Under the pieces are notes generated by a model. That model worked only from the letters and a program-made list of their open reading frames with translations. It had not been told where the DNA came from and searched no databases. From the NCBI GenBank assembly GCA_963798085.1, contig CAWCRS010000003.1:1024001-1088000 (forward strand): a DNA stretch of 64,000 bases. Reading direction: 5' to 3'. Each line of letters begins with the position of its first letter. Positions within the stretch are counted from its first letter, which is position 1. The position numbers and the translations under genes are program-made. This document shows, in pieces, positions 53,076 through 63,426 of the stretch. This stretch comes from an uncultured Gemmatimonadales bacterium. GTDB lineage: Bacteria > Gemmatimonadota > Gemmatimonadetes > Longimicrobiales > RSA9.

Positions 53076-53462
53076 TCACTGTCCATCGGGTGGTTGCCAC
53101 AGCTCGATCTTGTTGCCCTCCGGGTCGATCACCCAGCCGAACTTTCCGTACTCGGATTCGTCGACCTTCTCGTCCACCTGCACGCCTTCCGATCGCAGTG
53201 CCGCCAGCAGCCCCTGCAGGTCAGCGACGCGGTAGTTGACCATGAACGCTGCCGCGCTCGGAGCGAAGTGCTTCGTGTCGGCAGGAAACAGGCTCCACGC
53301 CGTCGTCCCGATGCCTTGCGGATTGTCCGGACCATTCCAGTCGAATGACGCGCCGCCCCAGGCCTGGACATCGATTCCCAGGTGGGTCCTGTACCAGGCA
53401 CCCAGAGCCTTCGGATCCTTCGCTTTGAAGAAGATGCCACCGATACCCGTGACGCGCTTCAT
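53076..53462 (-). CDS. VOC/glyoxalase family protein
   Basis: MKRVTGIGGIFFK...FMVNYRV...YGKFGWVIDPEGNKIELWQP. Confidence 0.95.
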   Translation of the reverse strand: MKRVTGIGGIFFKAKDPKALGAWYRTHLGIDVQAWGGASFDWNGPDNPQGIGTTAWSLFPADTKHFAPSAAAFMVNYRVADLQGLLAALRSEGVQVDEKVDESEYGKFGWVIDPEGNKIELWQPPDGQ

Positions 53463-53811
53463 GATTCACTCCCGCTCAGAGGTGTGGCTGCGCCTCTCCT
53501 GCGCGGCCCGGCGCAGCACACGAGCCGCGCGCTGTGACAATGGCTATCAAGATACTCCCTTCCCGGGCACACGGCTGCCGCGTGCTGTCTGCTCCATGCG
53601 CATGTCAGATGGCGGCCTGGCCTCCCTGCGGACCGATGCCCGCGGAGCGCGATCATGGTGCTTCTCCCGGCTTCGACTGATGATCCATCACTCGAGGACA
53701 ACGCGGGCGGTCGATATCGGTGCGGACTCGTAGCAGTCGGCCCTGTAAAGTTGGGCGTCAATGGCACCGTGTCCACACAGCGGCCTGGTGGACGCGTGCG
53801 GGAGAACCACG

Positions 53812-54267
53812 TCAGCCGAGGTAGGGGGCAATGAAAGTCCGGAAGCCATCGTCGTACCCATCCCGGAATTCTCGCCAGGCGGCTCTCATGGCCTGTCTCC
53901 GGCCCACCCGCTCGATCAGAAAATTCAGCTCCGCCCAGTGGTGGTCCTCAATGAGGCCCTTCCTGTGCATGTGGTAGTAGTGATTCCATCCGGAGATCGC
54001 TCTCCACTCGAAGAAGATCAGCCGCCGCAGATCGACGGGATCGAGTTCGCCAAAACCCTCGCCGCCGCGGATCCACAGTGCTGTCAACTCGCGGTCGGCG
54101 ATCGCTGGCGCCAGCAGCTCGGTCCTCCAGCGCACGAACTCCTGCGACTGGGTGCTGCGCACCACCTGCGTGCCCTGGCGGACCTGCGAGGCCAGGTACA
54201 GGAGAGCAATGACTGTCGCAACTGCCGCGATCAGGTCGGCCAGACTGCCAAGATCCTGAATTGTCAT
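53812..54267 (-). CDS. Hypothetical protein with N-terminal membrane anchor
   Basis: RBS GAGG; MTIQDLGSLADLIAAVATVIALLYLASQVRQ...GLIEDHHW. Confidence 0.75.
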   Translation of the reverse strand: MTIQDLGSLADLIAAVATVIALLYLASQVRQGTQVVRSTQSQEFVRWRTELLAPAIADRELTALWIRGGEGFGELDPVDLRRLIFFEWRAISGWNHYYHMHRKGLIEDHHWAELNFLIERVGRRQAMRAAWREFRDGYDDGFRTFIAPYLG

Positions 54268-54444
54268 CCGGGCCTCTGAGGTGCGATCTCGAGTTGCTGC
54301 TGAGCATGATGCTCACCAGGAGCGCGAGCCGCATCGCTGGCTTTCCGGAGCCGGCGACCGAGCACGTGCCTCGCTGCTCGCGCGTTGCAGGTCCATCCCG
54401 TTGCGCCGGGTGTCAGGCCCGACTCTGTCGGTGTGGGGCCGGAA

Positions 54445-54612
54445 CTACTCCTGCCTGACGATATCGACCGAGATCTCCACTGCCGGAACGGTTCCTCTGT
54501 TCTCCAGCCAGTGTGTGGTGTTCCTGCCCTCGATCTCAGGGCCAAGGTCAACCGTCGCCAGGAGCTTCACCGTGACACCCTTCGTCTCAGGTGCCACCTG
54601 TTCGTTGCTCAT
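54445..54612 (-). pseudogene. Cupin gene remnant with apparent in-frame internal deletion (55 aa; below ORF-track cutoff)
   Basis: RBS AGGAGAGG; MSNEQVAPETKGVTVKLLATVDLGPEIEG|RNTTHWLENRGTVPAVEISVDIVRQE*; keeps the second cupin motif (HWLENRG) but lacks the first. Confidence 0.65.
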
Positions 54613-54972
54613 CCTTCCTCTCCTGTCGTTGCTTCCACGGTATGCCGCCTTGCGCTCAGTCGCGAGCGCGAAGTCGATGCGACCTTTCCATGATCGGTCC
54701 GCCGCGCGTCGTGAGACGCAGCGTGGTCGAGCTGCCGCGCTCAGCCCGCTCTCGAACAGCGTCCGATGCTGAGTCCCGTTTCATCAGCCTCCGGCCACGC
54801 GTCGGCAGGGAAACCCGACGTCCCGGTAACCCGGCGAGCCTGATCGAGGAGACGACGGTCGTGCGCCACGACCGCCACGACCGCCCGCAATGCGTCAATG
54901 ACACGAAGACGGACAAACAGCGCAACGGGCCAGCCGATTCGAATTCGATGCTGACCGACAGTGTTCGCGCGG

Positions 54973-55384
54973 GCCGGCCACATCCTCCGGATAGCGCGAT
55001 ACGTACAGACGCACGATGAGCGAGCCGTACGAGCGCGCAACCAGCACGACCGGCAGATGCACGGAAAGGTGATGCAGCAGCGCATGCAGATCCGTGACGG
55101 CATGGGGCACGGAATGATCCGCGGGACCCGTTTCGGAGCGACCAAAGCCGGCACGCGAATACGCGATCGCCGTTGTGTACTCGGAGAGCAGGCGCACCAT
55201 CGGCAAGCATGCGTCCAGCGAGTCGGCGAGCCCCGTTTCGTACGGTCGCTCCCGCCGGCAACGCCTCGGCCCAAGCCCGAACTGTCGCGGCACCGATCGC
55301 GTCGCCGGCAACAGGGCGTTTACCGCGTCGCGCAAGGAAGATCCCGGCAATGCCTTCGTAACCATTCGAGGAATCTGCGGTCAT
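54973..55384 (-). pseudogene. Chimeric remnant: SAM-methyltransferase-like N-terminus joined to an alpha/beta-hydrolase fragment
   Basis: MTADSSNGYEGIA...VRAWAEALPAGATV ends where a GxGxG motif would be expected; from ~55242 another frame reads AYSRAGFGRS...VLVARSYGSLIVRLYVSRYPEDVAG. Confidence 0.6.
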
Positions 55385-55458
55385 TCGTTCCTCGCGCGCT
55401 CGAACGCACCCGGGTCGACCTGCGCGCTGAGCACCGTCGATACGCCCGCGTTGCAAAG

Positions 55459-56196
55459 CTATTGTCCGTCGGAAGAAGCGAGGTTATGGAACACCTTCTG
55501 GACGTCGTCGTCCTGTTCGAGCTGGTCCAGCACTTCCAACACTTTGTTACCCTGTTCTTCCGGTAACTGCACAGGATTGAGTGCCACGTACTCGAGCTCC
55601 GCGGATATGGGGATGATGGCCCGCTCCTCGAGCGCTCGCTGCAACTGGCCGAAATCCTGGAATGAGCAACGGATCACGAGCTGCGGTTCGTCCTTCTCAC
55701 CGGTGCTCTCGCCCATCTCTTCGAGTCCATGATCGATCAGGTCGAGCTCGAGAGAGTCGGCGTCGATCCCGCCAGGATTCAGGCGGAACACGCCCATGTG
55801 CCTGAAGGCGAAGGCGACACTGCCCGCGGAGCCGAGACTGCCACCGCCATGGTTGAAGTGCGAGCGCAGGTTGGCGACCGTGCGTGTGGGGTTGTCCGTT
55901 GCGGCCTCGACGAGTACGGCCACGCCATGCGGCGCGTATCCCTCATAGAGGATCTCCTCGTAGACGGCGGCATCCTGCCCCGCTGCCCGCTTGATCGCCG
56001 CCTCTACCTTGTCCTTGGGCATGTTGACGGCGCGCGCATTCTGGATGATTCGCCGGAGCGCGGGGTTGTTCTCTGGAACGGGGCCGCCTGCCTTCACCGC
56101 GATCGTGATGTCCTTTCCGATGCGCGCGAACTGCTTGGCCATCCGGTCCCAGCGGCGAAACATCGTCGCTTTCCTGGTCTCGAAGATCCGTCCCAT
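55459..56196 (-). CDS. yebC: YebC/PmpR family protein
   Basis: [55 protein letters not shown]. Confidence 0.95.
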   Translation of the reverse strand: MGRIFETRKATMFRRWDRMAKQFARIGKDITIAVKAGGPVPENNPALRRIIQNARAVNMPKDKVEAAIKRAAGQDAAVYEEILYEGYAPHGVAVLVEAATDNPTRTVANLRSHFNHGGGSLGSAGSVAFAFRHMGVFRLNPGGIDADSLELDLIDHGLEEMGESTGEKDEPQLVIRCSFQDFGQLQRALEERAIIPISAELEYVALNPVQLPEEQGNKVLEVLDQLEQDDDVQKVFHNLASSDGQ

Positions 56197-56376
56197 CTGA
56201 TCCTTCGCTGGAATCCCTGAACAGGTGGTGTGTGTCCGACGGGCCGCACGCGAAATGCGGCCCGACGACTCGGGCTCGCTTGAACGCAAAGGTAGAGCGA
56301 CTGTTCCCGGGGTGTAAGATCAGTGCGTCAGGATCTGGCGCACGGGTTGCCCGGTCCAACGCTCGAAAAGGTCACC

Positions 56377-56840
56377 CTAGAACGCGGGAACAACTCCGTC
56401 AGCGCCTGGATCGCCCCCGTGCAGACGCAGGAACCAGACGAGCCTCACGATCGGACCGGCAGCATGGCGCCACGGATCCGCGTCTTCCCCACCAGCAGAG
56501 AAACCAGGTCGGTATCCCGCGCGCCCGGCACCGGCCGCTGCCAGTCGATCACCCAATGGACCGCCATCCACCAGGAAGACCTGATCTGCCTTCAGACCCC
56601 GTGCGTGAACGTCGCGTCGCGGGTGACGGCCTCGAGCGTCTCGCGGGTGTCGGCCCAGTCTCGAAACCCATCTACCGCGCGGCAGGGGATCCGCTCGAAG
56701 CGCCTGCGGCGACCAACGCCCTCGAGCTCGGCATCGGCGTGCATGGGAAGCTGGTCAAACACGGCGTTATGGCCGGCCATCTCACGGACGTAGACCCAAT
56801 GGCGTTCCGCTGTCGGTGTTCGCCAGGGCAGACCGCGAAA
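56377..56840 (-). pseudogene. Possible aminoglycoside-phosphotransferase-like remnant
   Basis: Broken frames with TFTHGV* and WVIDWQRP, resembling the HGD and DW kinase motifs. Confidence 0.35.
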
Positions 56841-56842
56841 TT

Positions 56843-57472
56843 CTAGCGTCGCACCACGGTCGCGACAATGCGACTTGTCCCGTCCGCCGCGATCCGGCGG
56901 ACGCGCGGCACCATCGCGCGGCGGTCGTCGGATGCTGCGCCAGTGAATTCGAGCACATAGACATTGCTGCCATGCAGCGCGACTCCCGTCGGCGACCACG
57001 GCGCTTCCGTCTGGAAGAGGGTGGAGACGCGGCCGTCGGGTGTGATCCGGAGAACACTCCCACATCCCGTGGCTGCCACGTAGACCGTGCCGGTGCTGTC
57101 AACAGCAAGTCCGCGCAGGAGCGGGCGATCGGCTGGACCCATGCCGGGAACGGAACCGCAGTTGGCCGGCGAAACGTTCTGCGCCACGGTGGACACGCGG
57201 CCCTCTCGGCTCAGGCGACGGATCGCGTTGAACTCCGTGTAGTACAGCCAGCCATCGGGACCGGCAGCCAGGTCGTTCAGATCGCGTATCGGCGTCAGCG
57301 CACCGTGCGTGTCGATTTTCCATACGCCGGAGACCATGTCGACGAAATAGATCTGGCCCAGCCGGTCGACGACAATGCCGGTCCCGGGATGCGCCGTAAG
57401 GGAGACGGGGAGCAGAATGGCCGCCGTCAGCGCGCATGCCAGGCCGCGGACCCTTCGGGTCATGCGGTGCAT
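56843..57472 (-). CDS. Secreted NHL-repeat (beta-propeller) protein, possibly internally shortened
   Basis: Signal peptide; HPGTGIVVD, LAAGPDG, RGLAVDSTGTVYVA, WSPTGVA. Confidence 0.75.
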   Translation of the reverse strand: MHRMTRRVRGLACALTAAILLPVSLTAHPGTGIVVDRLGQIYFVDMVSGVWKIDTHGALTPIRDLNDLAAGPDGWLYYTEFNAIRRLSREGRVSTVAQNVSPANCGSVPGMGPADRPLLRGLAVDSTGTVYVAATGCGSVLRITPDGRVSTLFQTEAPWSPTGVALHGSNVYVLEFTGAASDDRRAMVPRVRRIAADGTSRIVATVVRR

Positions 57473-57831
57473 CGAAGACCTCTCCGGAGTGAGGTGAGCT
57501 CGGTCGCCCCGATTGGATGCCGAATGGGGGTGCAAGGGTTTGAGAGAGTGAGCGAATCCATTCTGCACACGTCTGCCGGTCCGGCGACCTGTCGGTTGCA
57601 CGTCTGTTCGTAAGGATCGGATCGGCGGACGGCGCGGAACTGGCGGCACCGGCCACGGTCCGATTCCAGTCATGGCTCAACACCAAGCCCTTTGACGCGC
57701 CAGGTTGTCCCTATTGGCCTGAAGCGCGTTGGGTGAGGGCCGCCAATCCAGCAGGCGACTACTCCACGCGTTGCGTGCGAGTGGAGACTGCGTTCGTGCG
57801 TGCCGGGTGCGCGCAGCCGGGCCACGCCCCG

Positions 57832-60093
57832 TCATGGCTGCCGCTTCCGCTCCCAGTCGACGACCGCCTCCCAGCGCGGCTTCACCTCGGCGAGTAGCTG
57901 CCTGAAGCCGGGCTCGTCGCGCACATCGCCGAGCAGCGGGTCATGCTCCGCCAGGAACGGATAGTTGATGAAGCCGTGCTGAACAGCCTTCCTGGCCCAG
58001 TCAATGGCGTCGTCGCGCCGGTCGATGAGCGCGTAGGCTTCGGCCGTGAACATGGCGGCGAATTCGTTCTGGATCACGCCGTCGATTGCGGGAGCGAATG
58101 CCAGGGCGCGGTCACGGTCGCCTGCCAGAGCAAAGTGAAGGAACGCCGCTTCGCGTCCGAGCGGTGTGCCCGCCAGCGCCCCGGCGGTCCGCTGCAGGAT
58201 GGTCGCGGCCTCGGTGCGCCGGCCGCTCGCGGCCAGCTGTACGCTCGCGACCAGCGGAACCATGGACGCCGGAGCGGCCAGCTCCAGCGCGCGGCGACAG
58301 CTCGCCACGCCTTCCTCGAAGCGACCGCCGGTCCAGTGCCAGGAACTGACCACGAGAGCCGAAATCGCCGTCAGCGGGTCGATCAGCGCGAGGCGCTCGA
58401 CGAGGCGGCCGTGATGACGGAGGCCGGCGGTGTTCGAGAACCGGCTGAGCTCGGCGAGAATGTTGGCATCTCCCGGCCACAGCTCGTGTGCGAGGTACAG
58501 ATCCGGGAGCGCCTCCTCCGGTCTTCCGCGCGATCCGGAAACGAGACCGCGCACGAAGATGGCGAGCGCATGCCGGGGATCGATCGCCAGCGCGCGGTCG
58601 ACATGTTCCGAAGCCTGCGGAAGCCGGAGCGCGGCTGGCGCGAGGTTCATGTTCACCTCGTTCCAGTAGAGCTGCGCCTTCGTCGCCAGGAGGAGCGGTG
58701 TATTCCCGACGATGGCGAGCGCGTCGTCCACGAGCCGCAACCCCCGTTGCGATGCGTCCGGCGTCCAGGAATACATGGCGTGGCGTGCTCTCAGGTAGCA
58801 GTCGTAGGCCACGGGATTCTCAATGGGTCGCGCCGCGACCTGGCGATCCTCACTCTCGGTCAGCGTCATTCGGAGCGCGGCGACGACCTTCCGCGCAATC
58901 TCCTCCTGGATGCCGAAGATGTCTTCGGTGGTGCCGGAATACTTCTCGCTCCAGACCGGCTCGTCGCTGATCGCCTCGACGAGTTCGGCGGTGATGCGCA
59001 GTGCGTCACCGGCGCGCCGCACGGACCCCGTGACCACGTGGGTCGCACCGAGTTCCTTCGCGAGGGCGGGCGTGTTCTTCATCGTTCCCTTGAGCGTCAT
59101 CGCCGAGTTGCGCGAAATGACACGCAGCGCTCGCAGCCTGGACAGGTCCGCGATGATCTCCTCGGTGAGGCCGTCGCTGAAGTACTCGTTGTCCGCGTCC
59201 TGGCTGCGGTTCACGAAGGGCAGCACCAGGATGATGGCGGGCTCGTCGGCCCTGGCGCCGGATTCGGCGCGCAGCGCCGTGGCGAATGCGCCGGCGCTCG
59301 GCGGCCGGTCGGCCGGCGCCTTGCTGAGTGCGCCTGCAAGCGCATTCGCGACCGCCCCGCTCACATTGCGTCGCACCGTCGTGATGGGCGGCGGCGTGTC
59401 GGTAATGTGACGGGCGATCACGGCCGCGGCATTGCGCGCAACGAAGGGCGGGTCGCCCGCCAGCATTTCGTAGGTCAGGCAGGCGAGTGCGTAGACGTCG
59501 CTGCGTGCATCGATCTCCAGCTCGCCCGCAGCCTGCTCCGGGCTCATGTACGCCGGGGTGCCGAGGGAAAGGCCGGTCTCGGTGAGCCGGTCGCCGCCGG
59601 CCGTCGATACCGCGACCGCGATGCCGAAGTCTGCCACGAGCGGGACGCCATCCTGGAAGAGGATGTTCTCCGGCTTGATGTCGCGGTGGATGATCCCGCG
59701 CCGGTGCGCAAAATCGAGCGCGCCCGCGATGACCTTCGTGATCTCGAGCGCGTCGTCCACCGAGAGCTGGCCCTCGCGATCGAGCTTCCCGCGCAGCGTC
59801 TCGCCTTCCACGAACGGCATGACATAGAAGAGGAAGCCGTCCGCCGAACCTGAGTCGAAGAGTGGCAGGATGTGCGGGTGCTGCAGACTCGCGGTGGTCC
59901 TGATCTCCGCCACGAAACGCTCGGCGCCGAGCACGGCGGCGAGCTCGGGCCGCAGCACCTTGAGCGCGACGTTGCGGCCGTGCTTCAGGTCCTCGGCCAG
60001 ATACACGGTCGCCATGCCGCCCCTTCCGAGCTCGCGCCCGATGCGGTAGCGGCCGGCAAGGGCCGTGTTGAGGCGGTCGATCATCCCCGTCAT
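57832..60093 (-). CDS. Hanks-type Ser/Thr protein kinase with TolB_N-like and TPR domains
   Basis: LGRGGMATVY, VALKVL, HRDIKPEN, DFG, GTPAYMSPEQ; VLPFVNRS...YFSDGLTEEII; AYDCYLRA. Confidence 0.96.
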   Translation of the reverse strand: MTGMIDRLNTALAGRYRIGRELGRGGMATVYLAEDLKHGRNVALKVLRPELAAVLGAERFVAEIRTTASLQHPHILPLFDSGSADGFLFYVMPFVEGETLRGKLDREGQLSVDDALEITKVIAGALDFAHRRGIIHRDIKPENILFQDGVPLVADFGIAVAVSTAGGDRLTETGLSLGTPAYMSPEQAAGELEIDARSDVYALACLTYEMLAGDPPFVARNAAAVIARHITDTPPPITTVRRNVSGAVANALAGALSKAPADRPPSAGAFATALRAESGARADEPAIILVLPFVNRSQDADNEYFSDGLTEEIIADLSRLRALRVISRNSAMTLKGTMKNTPALAKELGATHVVTGSVRRAGDALRITAELVEAISDEPVWSEKYSGTTEDIFGIQEEIARKVVAALRMTLTESEDRQVAARPIENPVAYDCYLRARHAMYSWTPDASQRGLRLVDDALAIVGNTPLLLATKAQLYWNEVNMNLAPAALRLPQASEHVDRALAIDPRHALAIFVRGLVSGSRGRPEEALPDLYLAHELWPGDANILAELSRFSNTAGLRHHGRLVERLALIDPLTAISALVVSSWHWTGGRFEEGVASCRRALELAAPASMVPLVASVQLAASGRRTEAATILQRTAGALAGTPLGREAAFLHFALAGDRDRALAFAPAIDGVIQNEFAAMFTAEAYALIDRRDDAIDWARKAVQHGFINYPFLAEHDPLLGDVRDEPGFRQLLAEVKPRWEAVVDWERKRQP

Positions 60094-60306
60094 TCGCCCT
60101 GCATGCTACCGTGCCCCCGCTGCCGCCGACATGGGGAGGCGCGAGAGCGGACGGATTTCCGGTTGCGGTCGACGCGAGAGCCTCAACGCCGGATTGCAGC
60201 AGTATCGGAATGCCGGTGGGTTGACGGCGGCATGACATCAGGCGCAGCGTGCGTCGGGCCGTGCATCGCGAGCGCGGTCAGGCGGGCTCGGCCCGGAGGC
60301 GAGGAT

Positions 60307-60714
60307 CTAGCGCGCCCGCACGGTGCGGACGTCTCGAACCTTCGTGCTGTCGGCGCGCCGTAATTCGCCGACCAGGCTGTCGCGATTCACACGGAATCGC
60401 CAGACACCGCTCGGGATCGGACATCGGAGTTCCGCCGCCGCGGCTGTCCACTCGCACGCAAGAACGCCCATCGCCTCTTCCGTTCCACGCACGATCTTGC
60501 GGCCGTCCAGCGCGAGCGTCTGCCGGCCGTCCTCCCGCGTGATGTGGTAGACCACGACCTCGTCGTTGCAGGCGGAGGGACGCACGACGCACGTGGACGT
60601 CCCGCGCCACGTCCCCAGCGGCGCCGCCGCCTGCGACGCGGGCACGGGTGCCTGTGCTTTCGCCGTACGCGCGAACGTGCACACGAACACGAGGACCGCA
60701 AGGTGAATCCTCAT
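60307..60714 (-). CDS. Secreted hypothetical protein
   Basis: Signal peptide AKA-Q; GTWRGTSTC...C.DEVVVYHI. Confidence 0.7.
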   Translation of the reverse strand: MRIHLAVLVFVCTFARTAKAQAPVPASQAAAPLGTWRGTSTCVVRPSACNDEVVVYHITREDGRQTLALDGRKIVRGTEEAMGVLACEWTAAAAELRCPIPSGVWRFRVNRDSLVGELRRADSTKVRDVRTVRAR

Positions 60715-60841
60715 CGCAGCAGACTCTCCAATGCGACTGACGCGCATTTGCAGTGCAGACGACGGTCAGCCGCCGGGCCGTCGTCGCTCAACGCCCGGTC
60801 TGACGGCGTGGCGGCTGGTGGTGGGCTCGAAGGGTACGCGC

Positions 60842-61156
60842 TCAGGATGCGGCCACGATCTGGCCCGCATGCGTTTCGAGAGCAAGGCGATCCATGATGC
60901 CCACCTCCCGCATCCAGGCTCGATACCGCTGTGCGCCGGCCAGGCCGAGTGCTTCCGATTCCCACTCCGCCACCGCAACCGTCGTGGTACCATCCGCACG
61001 CATCAGTCGATAGCGGACGAATCCGGGCTGGGCGCGAAAGACCGCCACACCATCGGTCTCGATCTGCTGAAGGATGCGCTCGGCCTCCGCCGAGTACAGG
61101 TCAATGCTCCAGCGGCCAATCGACACGCGCAGGTAGTGCGGACCGGCTTGCTCCAT
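60842..61156 (-). CDS. ABM/dimeric alpha-beta barrel protein
   Basis: RBS GGAGG; FRAQPGFVRY...VAEWESE. Confidence 0.75.
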   Translation of the reverse strand: MEQAGPHYLRVSIGRWSIDLYSAEAERILQQIETDGVAVFRAQPGFVRYRLMRADGTTTVAVAEWESEALGLAGAQRYRAWMREVGIMDRLALETHAGQIVAAS

Positions 61157-61288
61157 TTGCAGGCGCCTCCGTACGAATCTGACAACGCAGGGCAACGCGG
61201 CAGGACACTCGCCGGTGCAGCGCAACGCCGCAAGCTGCGCCTGACGCCAGAATGGGGACCACGCTTCAGATGCATTGATCGCGCAGTG

Positions 61289-61740
61289 CTACGACTCCCG
61301 ACACGCATAGTTCACGGCTTCGGTGGCATCTCCTGATCCCTTGTACCTTGCCACGCCCGGATAGGGACAGAGAGGTCGCGAGCGATCCTCTCGCCCCTGC
61401 GACACATGCGTTGCCGGTATGCTTGCCGGCGCGATGCCCGCCTCCCGCCACTGCTCCAGTGCATTCAGGAACGCCAGGACGCTGGCGCCCGGGCCGGGCC
61501 CGCCGCCGCAGTGCCTGACGCCCGGCTCCATGAAGAGGCGATAGAAGTTGCGCACATCCGCCAGAGCCTCCGAGCGCGATCGGCCCGCCGCCATGAACTG
61601 CAACACGCTTTCGTAGTAATCGATGCTGTTGTAGGGCGAGATCAGCGGATCATTCCAGCCGTGGTACTGGATCAGCTTGCCGCCGCGGCGCCGGAATGCG
61701 GACAGATCGGGATTGATCGCGCTGAGGATCGGCGCGTGCA
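61289..61740 (-). pseudogene. C-terminal fragment of a tannase/feruloyl esterase
   Basis: NPDLSAFRRRGGKLIQYHGWNDP, FYRLFMEPGVRHCGGG, SRPLCPYP; the N-terminal catalytic-Ser region is absent. Confidence 0.85.
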
Positions 61741-62147
61741 GCGTAGCTCGGAGAGCCGCGCTGCCCATGAGCCTCCTTGAACGTCTCCGCACGGAGTACC
61801 GCGAGCGGAGACACGTCCTCGACGCATGCTTCACGAATTGCGAACGTCGGGTGGTGCTCCACTCGTGGCTTCCCTCGACCGGAATTGCACAGCGACGTCA
61901 GTGGCTGGCCAACGCATGGAAGGTAAGCGGCAGGCTCGACCGGCGCCTGCACATTCATACGAACGACTACCAGCGCGAAAGGCATCAGGAATCCCAACGC
62001 TGATGTTGCGTCCTGGGCAGACTGTTCCACCGGCGGTTCGCGCCCTTGACCGCTCGTTCCGGACCCATACTTTGCAATGCAAAGTCGGCGGCGCCCGGTG
62101 AAGGCCGGGGCCGGGGGAGGTGAACGGCGCCAGGGCCGGAGGCGATC

Positions 62148-62624
62148 ATGCGGACATGGCTGCGACGTATTCGCGGTGCAATCGGGACGGGCTTCACCTG
62201 GGGAGCGGTCTGGTCCGTTATCGGCGGCATGCCGCGGTGGGTTCTCGGCATCAATACCGACGTCCCCATCCCTGTCGTCCTCGGCGTATCCGGCTTCCTT
62301 GCTGGAGTCCTGTTCTCCACGTCCCTAACGCTGATCGAGCGCCGTCGCAGTTTTGAGCAAATGTCGCTTCCGCGCTTTGCGGTGTGGGGCGCGATCAGCG
62401 GCCTGCTGCTGGCGGGCGGGTTCGCCAGGGCCGCGTCCCTTGGCTGGGGAGACGTACGACTGATCGCCCCCACGTTCGCACTCGCTACCATGGTCTGCGC
62501 CTCCGGTTCGCTCGCGTTGGCCAGGCGAGCAGTACAGCGAGAATTGCCCGACGCGCAGGGGAATGCCGGCGCGGCCGGGTTGACCGGGCAGGAGAAGCGG
62601 AGCCTGCGTCGAGGCGCCGACTGA
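62148..62624 (+). CDS. Membrane hypothetical protein
   Basis: RBS GGAGG; four hydrophobic segments; LRRIRGAIG...SLPRFAVWG...ASGSLALARRA. Confidence 0.75.
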   Translation: MRTWLRRIRGAIGTGFTWGAVWSVIGGMPRWVLGINTDVPIPVVLGVSGFLAGVLFSTSLTLIERRRSFEQMSLPRFAVWGAISGLLLAGGFARAASLGWGDVRLIAPTFALATMVCASGSLALARRAVQRELPDAQGNAGAAGLTGQEKRSLRRGAD

Positions 62625-62686
62625 CATCGTCGCCCGGCGCGGTCCGCAGCGCCGAGCTGTCGCTCATCCAGGCGTGAGGGCCAGCT

Positions 62687-63094
62687 CTACTGAAACTTCA
62701 CCTTTGCGATTTCCTCGTTCGGCGTGAACGCCTCACCGAAGTCCTCGACGTCCATCAGCTTGCGGATCTCGACCTCCGCCTCGCCGTTCGCGGAGAGGTT
62801 CGGCGCCCGCTTCACCCACTCGATCGCTTCTTCCAGCGACTTCACCTGAATGATCGTGAAGCCCGCAATCAGCTCTTTCGTCTCGGTGAACGGCCCATCG
62901 ACGACGGTGCGCTGGTCGCCGCTGAACTTGACGCGCGCACCCTTCGAGCTCGCAGCGAGGCCCTCGGCGCCGAGGAGGATGCCCGCCTTCACCAGCTCTT
63001 CGTTGTACTTCTGCATTGCGATGAACGCTTCCGGCTCCGGCAGCACGCCCGCCTCCGATTCCTTCGTTGCCTTGCCAATGATCATGAAGCGCAT
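62687..63094 (-). CDS. YciI/DGPF-domain protein
   Basis: RBS AGGAG; MRFMII...YNEELVKAG...VVDGPFTETKELIAGF. Confidence 0.95.
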   Translation of the reverse strand: MRFMIIGKATKESEAGVLPEPEAFIAMQKYNEELVKAGILLGAEGLAASSKGARVKFSGDQRTVVDGPFTETKELIAGFTIIQVKSLEEAIEWVKRAPNLSANGEAEVEIRKLMDVEDFGEAFTPNEEIAKVKFQ

Positions 63095-63153
63095 GGTTCT
63101 CTCCTGACTCCGGTTCGTGTCGGCGGCCGCGCCCTTCGCGGCCGCATCAGTAC

Positions 63154-63180
63154 GTCGAACGAGGCCGGTCGAAATCGACA
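63154..63180 (-). promoter_or_regulatory. Putative ECF42-type promoter of the DGPF gene
   Basis: Minus strand TGTCGA-17 bp-CGAC upstream of a DGPF protein. Confidence 0.6.
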
Positions 63181-63189
63181 CGAGCTGCC

Positions 63190-63300
63190 CGGCTCGAAGT
63201 CCTCAGGTCCATCGAACGCCGCCGGGTCCCGTTTGGCCGAATCGAGCCGAAGCACGATCGAAGTGCCGACCGGCACAGGGCAGCCGACGGAGCACCGGGG
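63190..63300 (-). pseudogene. Short cytochrome P450-like remnant
   Basis: VPVGTSIVLRLDSAKRDPAAFDGPEDFEP resembles the P450 xNRDPxxFxxPxxFxP meander region. Confidence 0.5.
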
Positions 63301-63426
63301 CTTCCACGCGAGCTTCGGCCTTCGAGTCTGACGCCGTGGTCCGGACGTACGCAGCCCGTGACAATGCTTGCGACACCCTCGGTGTGGCCACGCGTGGGGG
63401 AACAGACTCACGAGGGCGGGTCACGG

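Noticed and set aside
60456..60468. ACGCAAGAACGCC match to the type-A end
   Set aside because: Only 13 bp, inside a CDS, with no GGTCCG terminus and no partner end 144 bp away.
61907..61940. Second attC-like half (GGCCAAC...GGTAAGCGG)
   Set aside because: No complementary L'/R' half found at a suitable distance.
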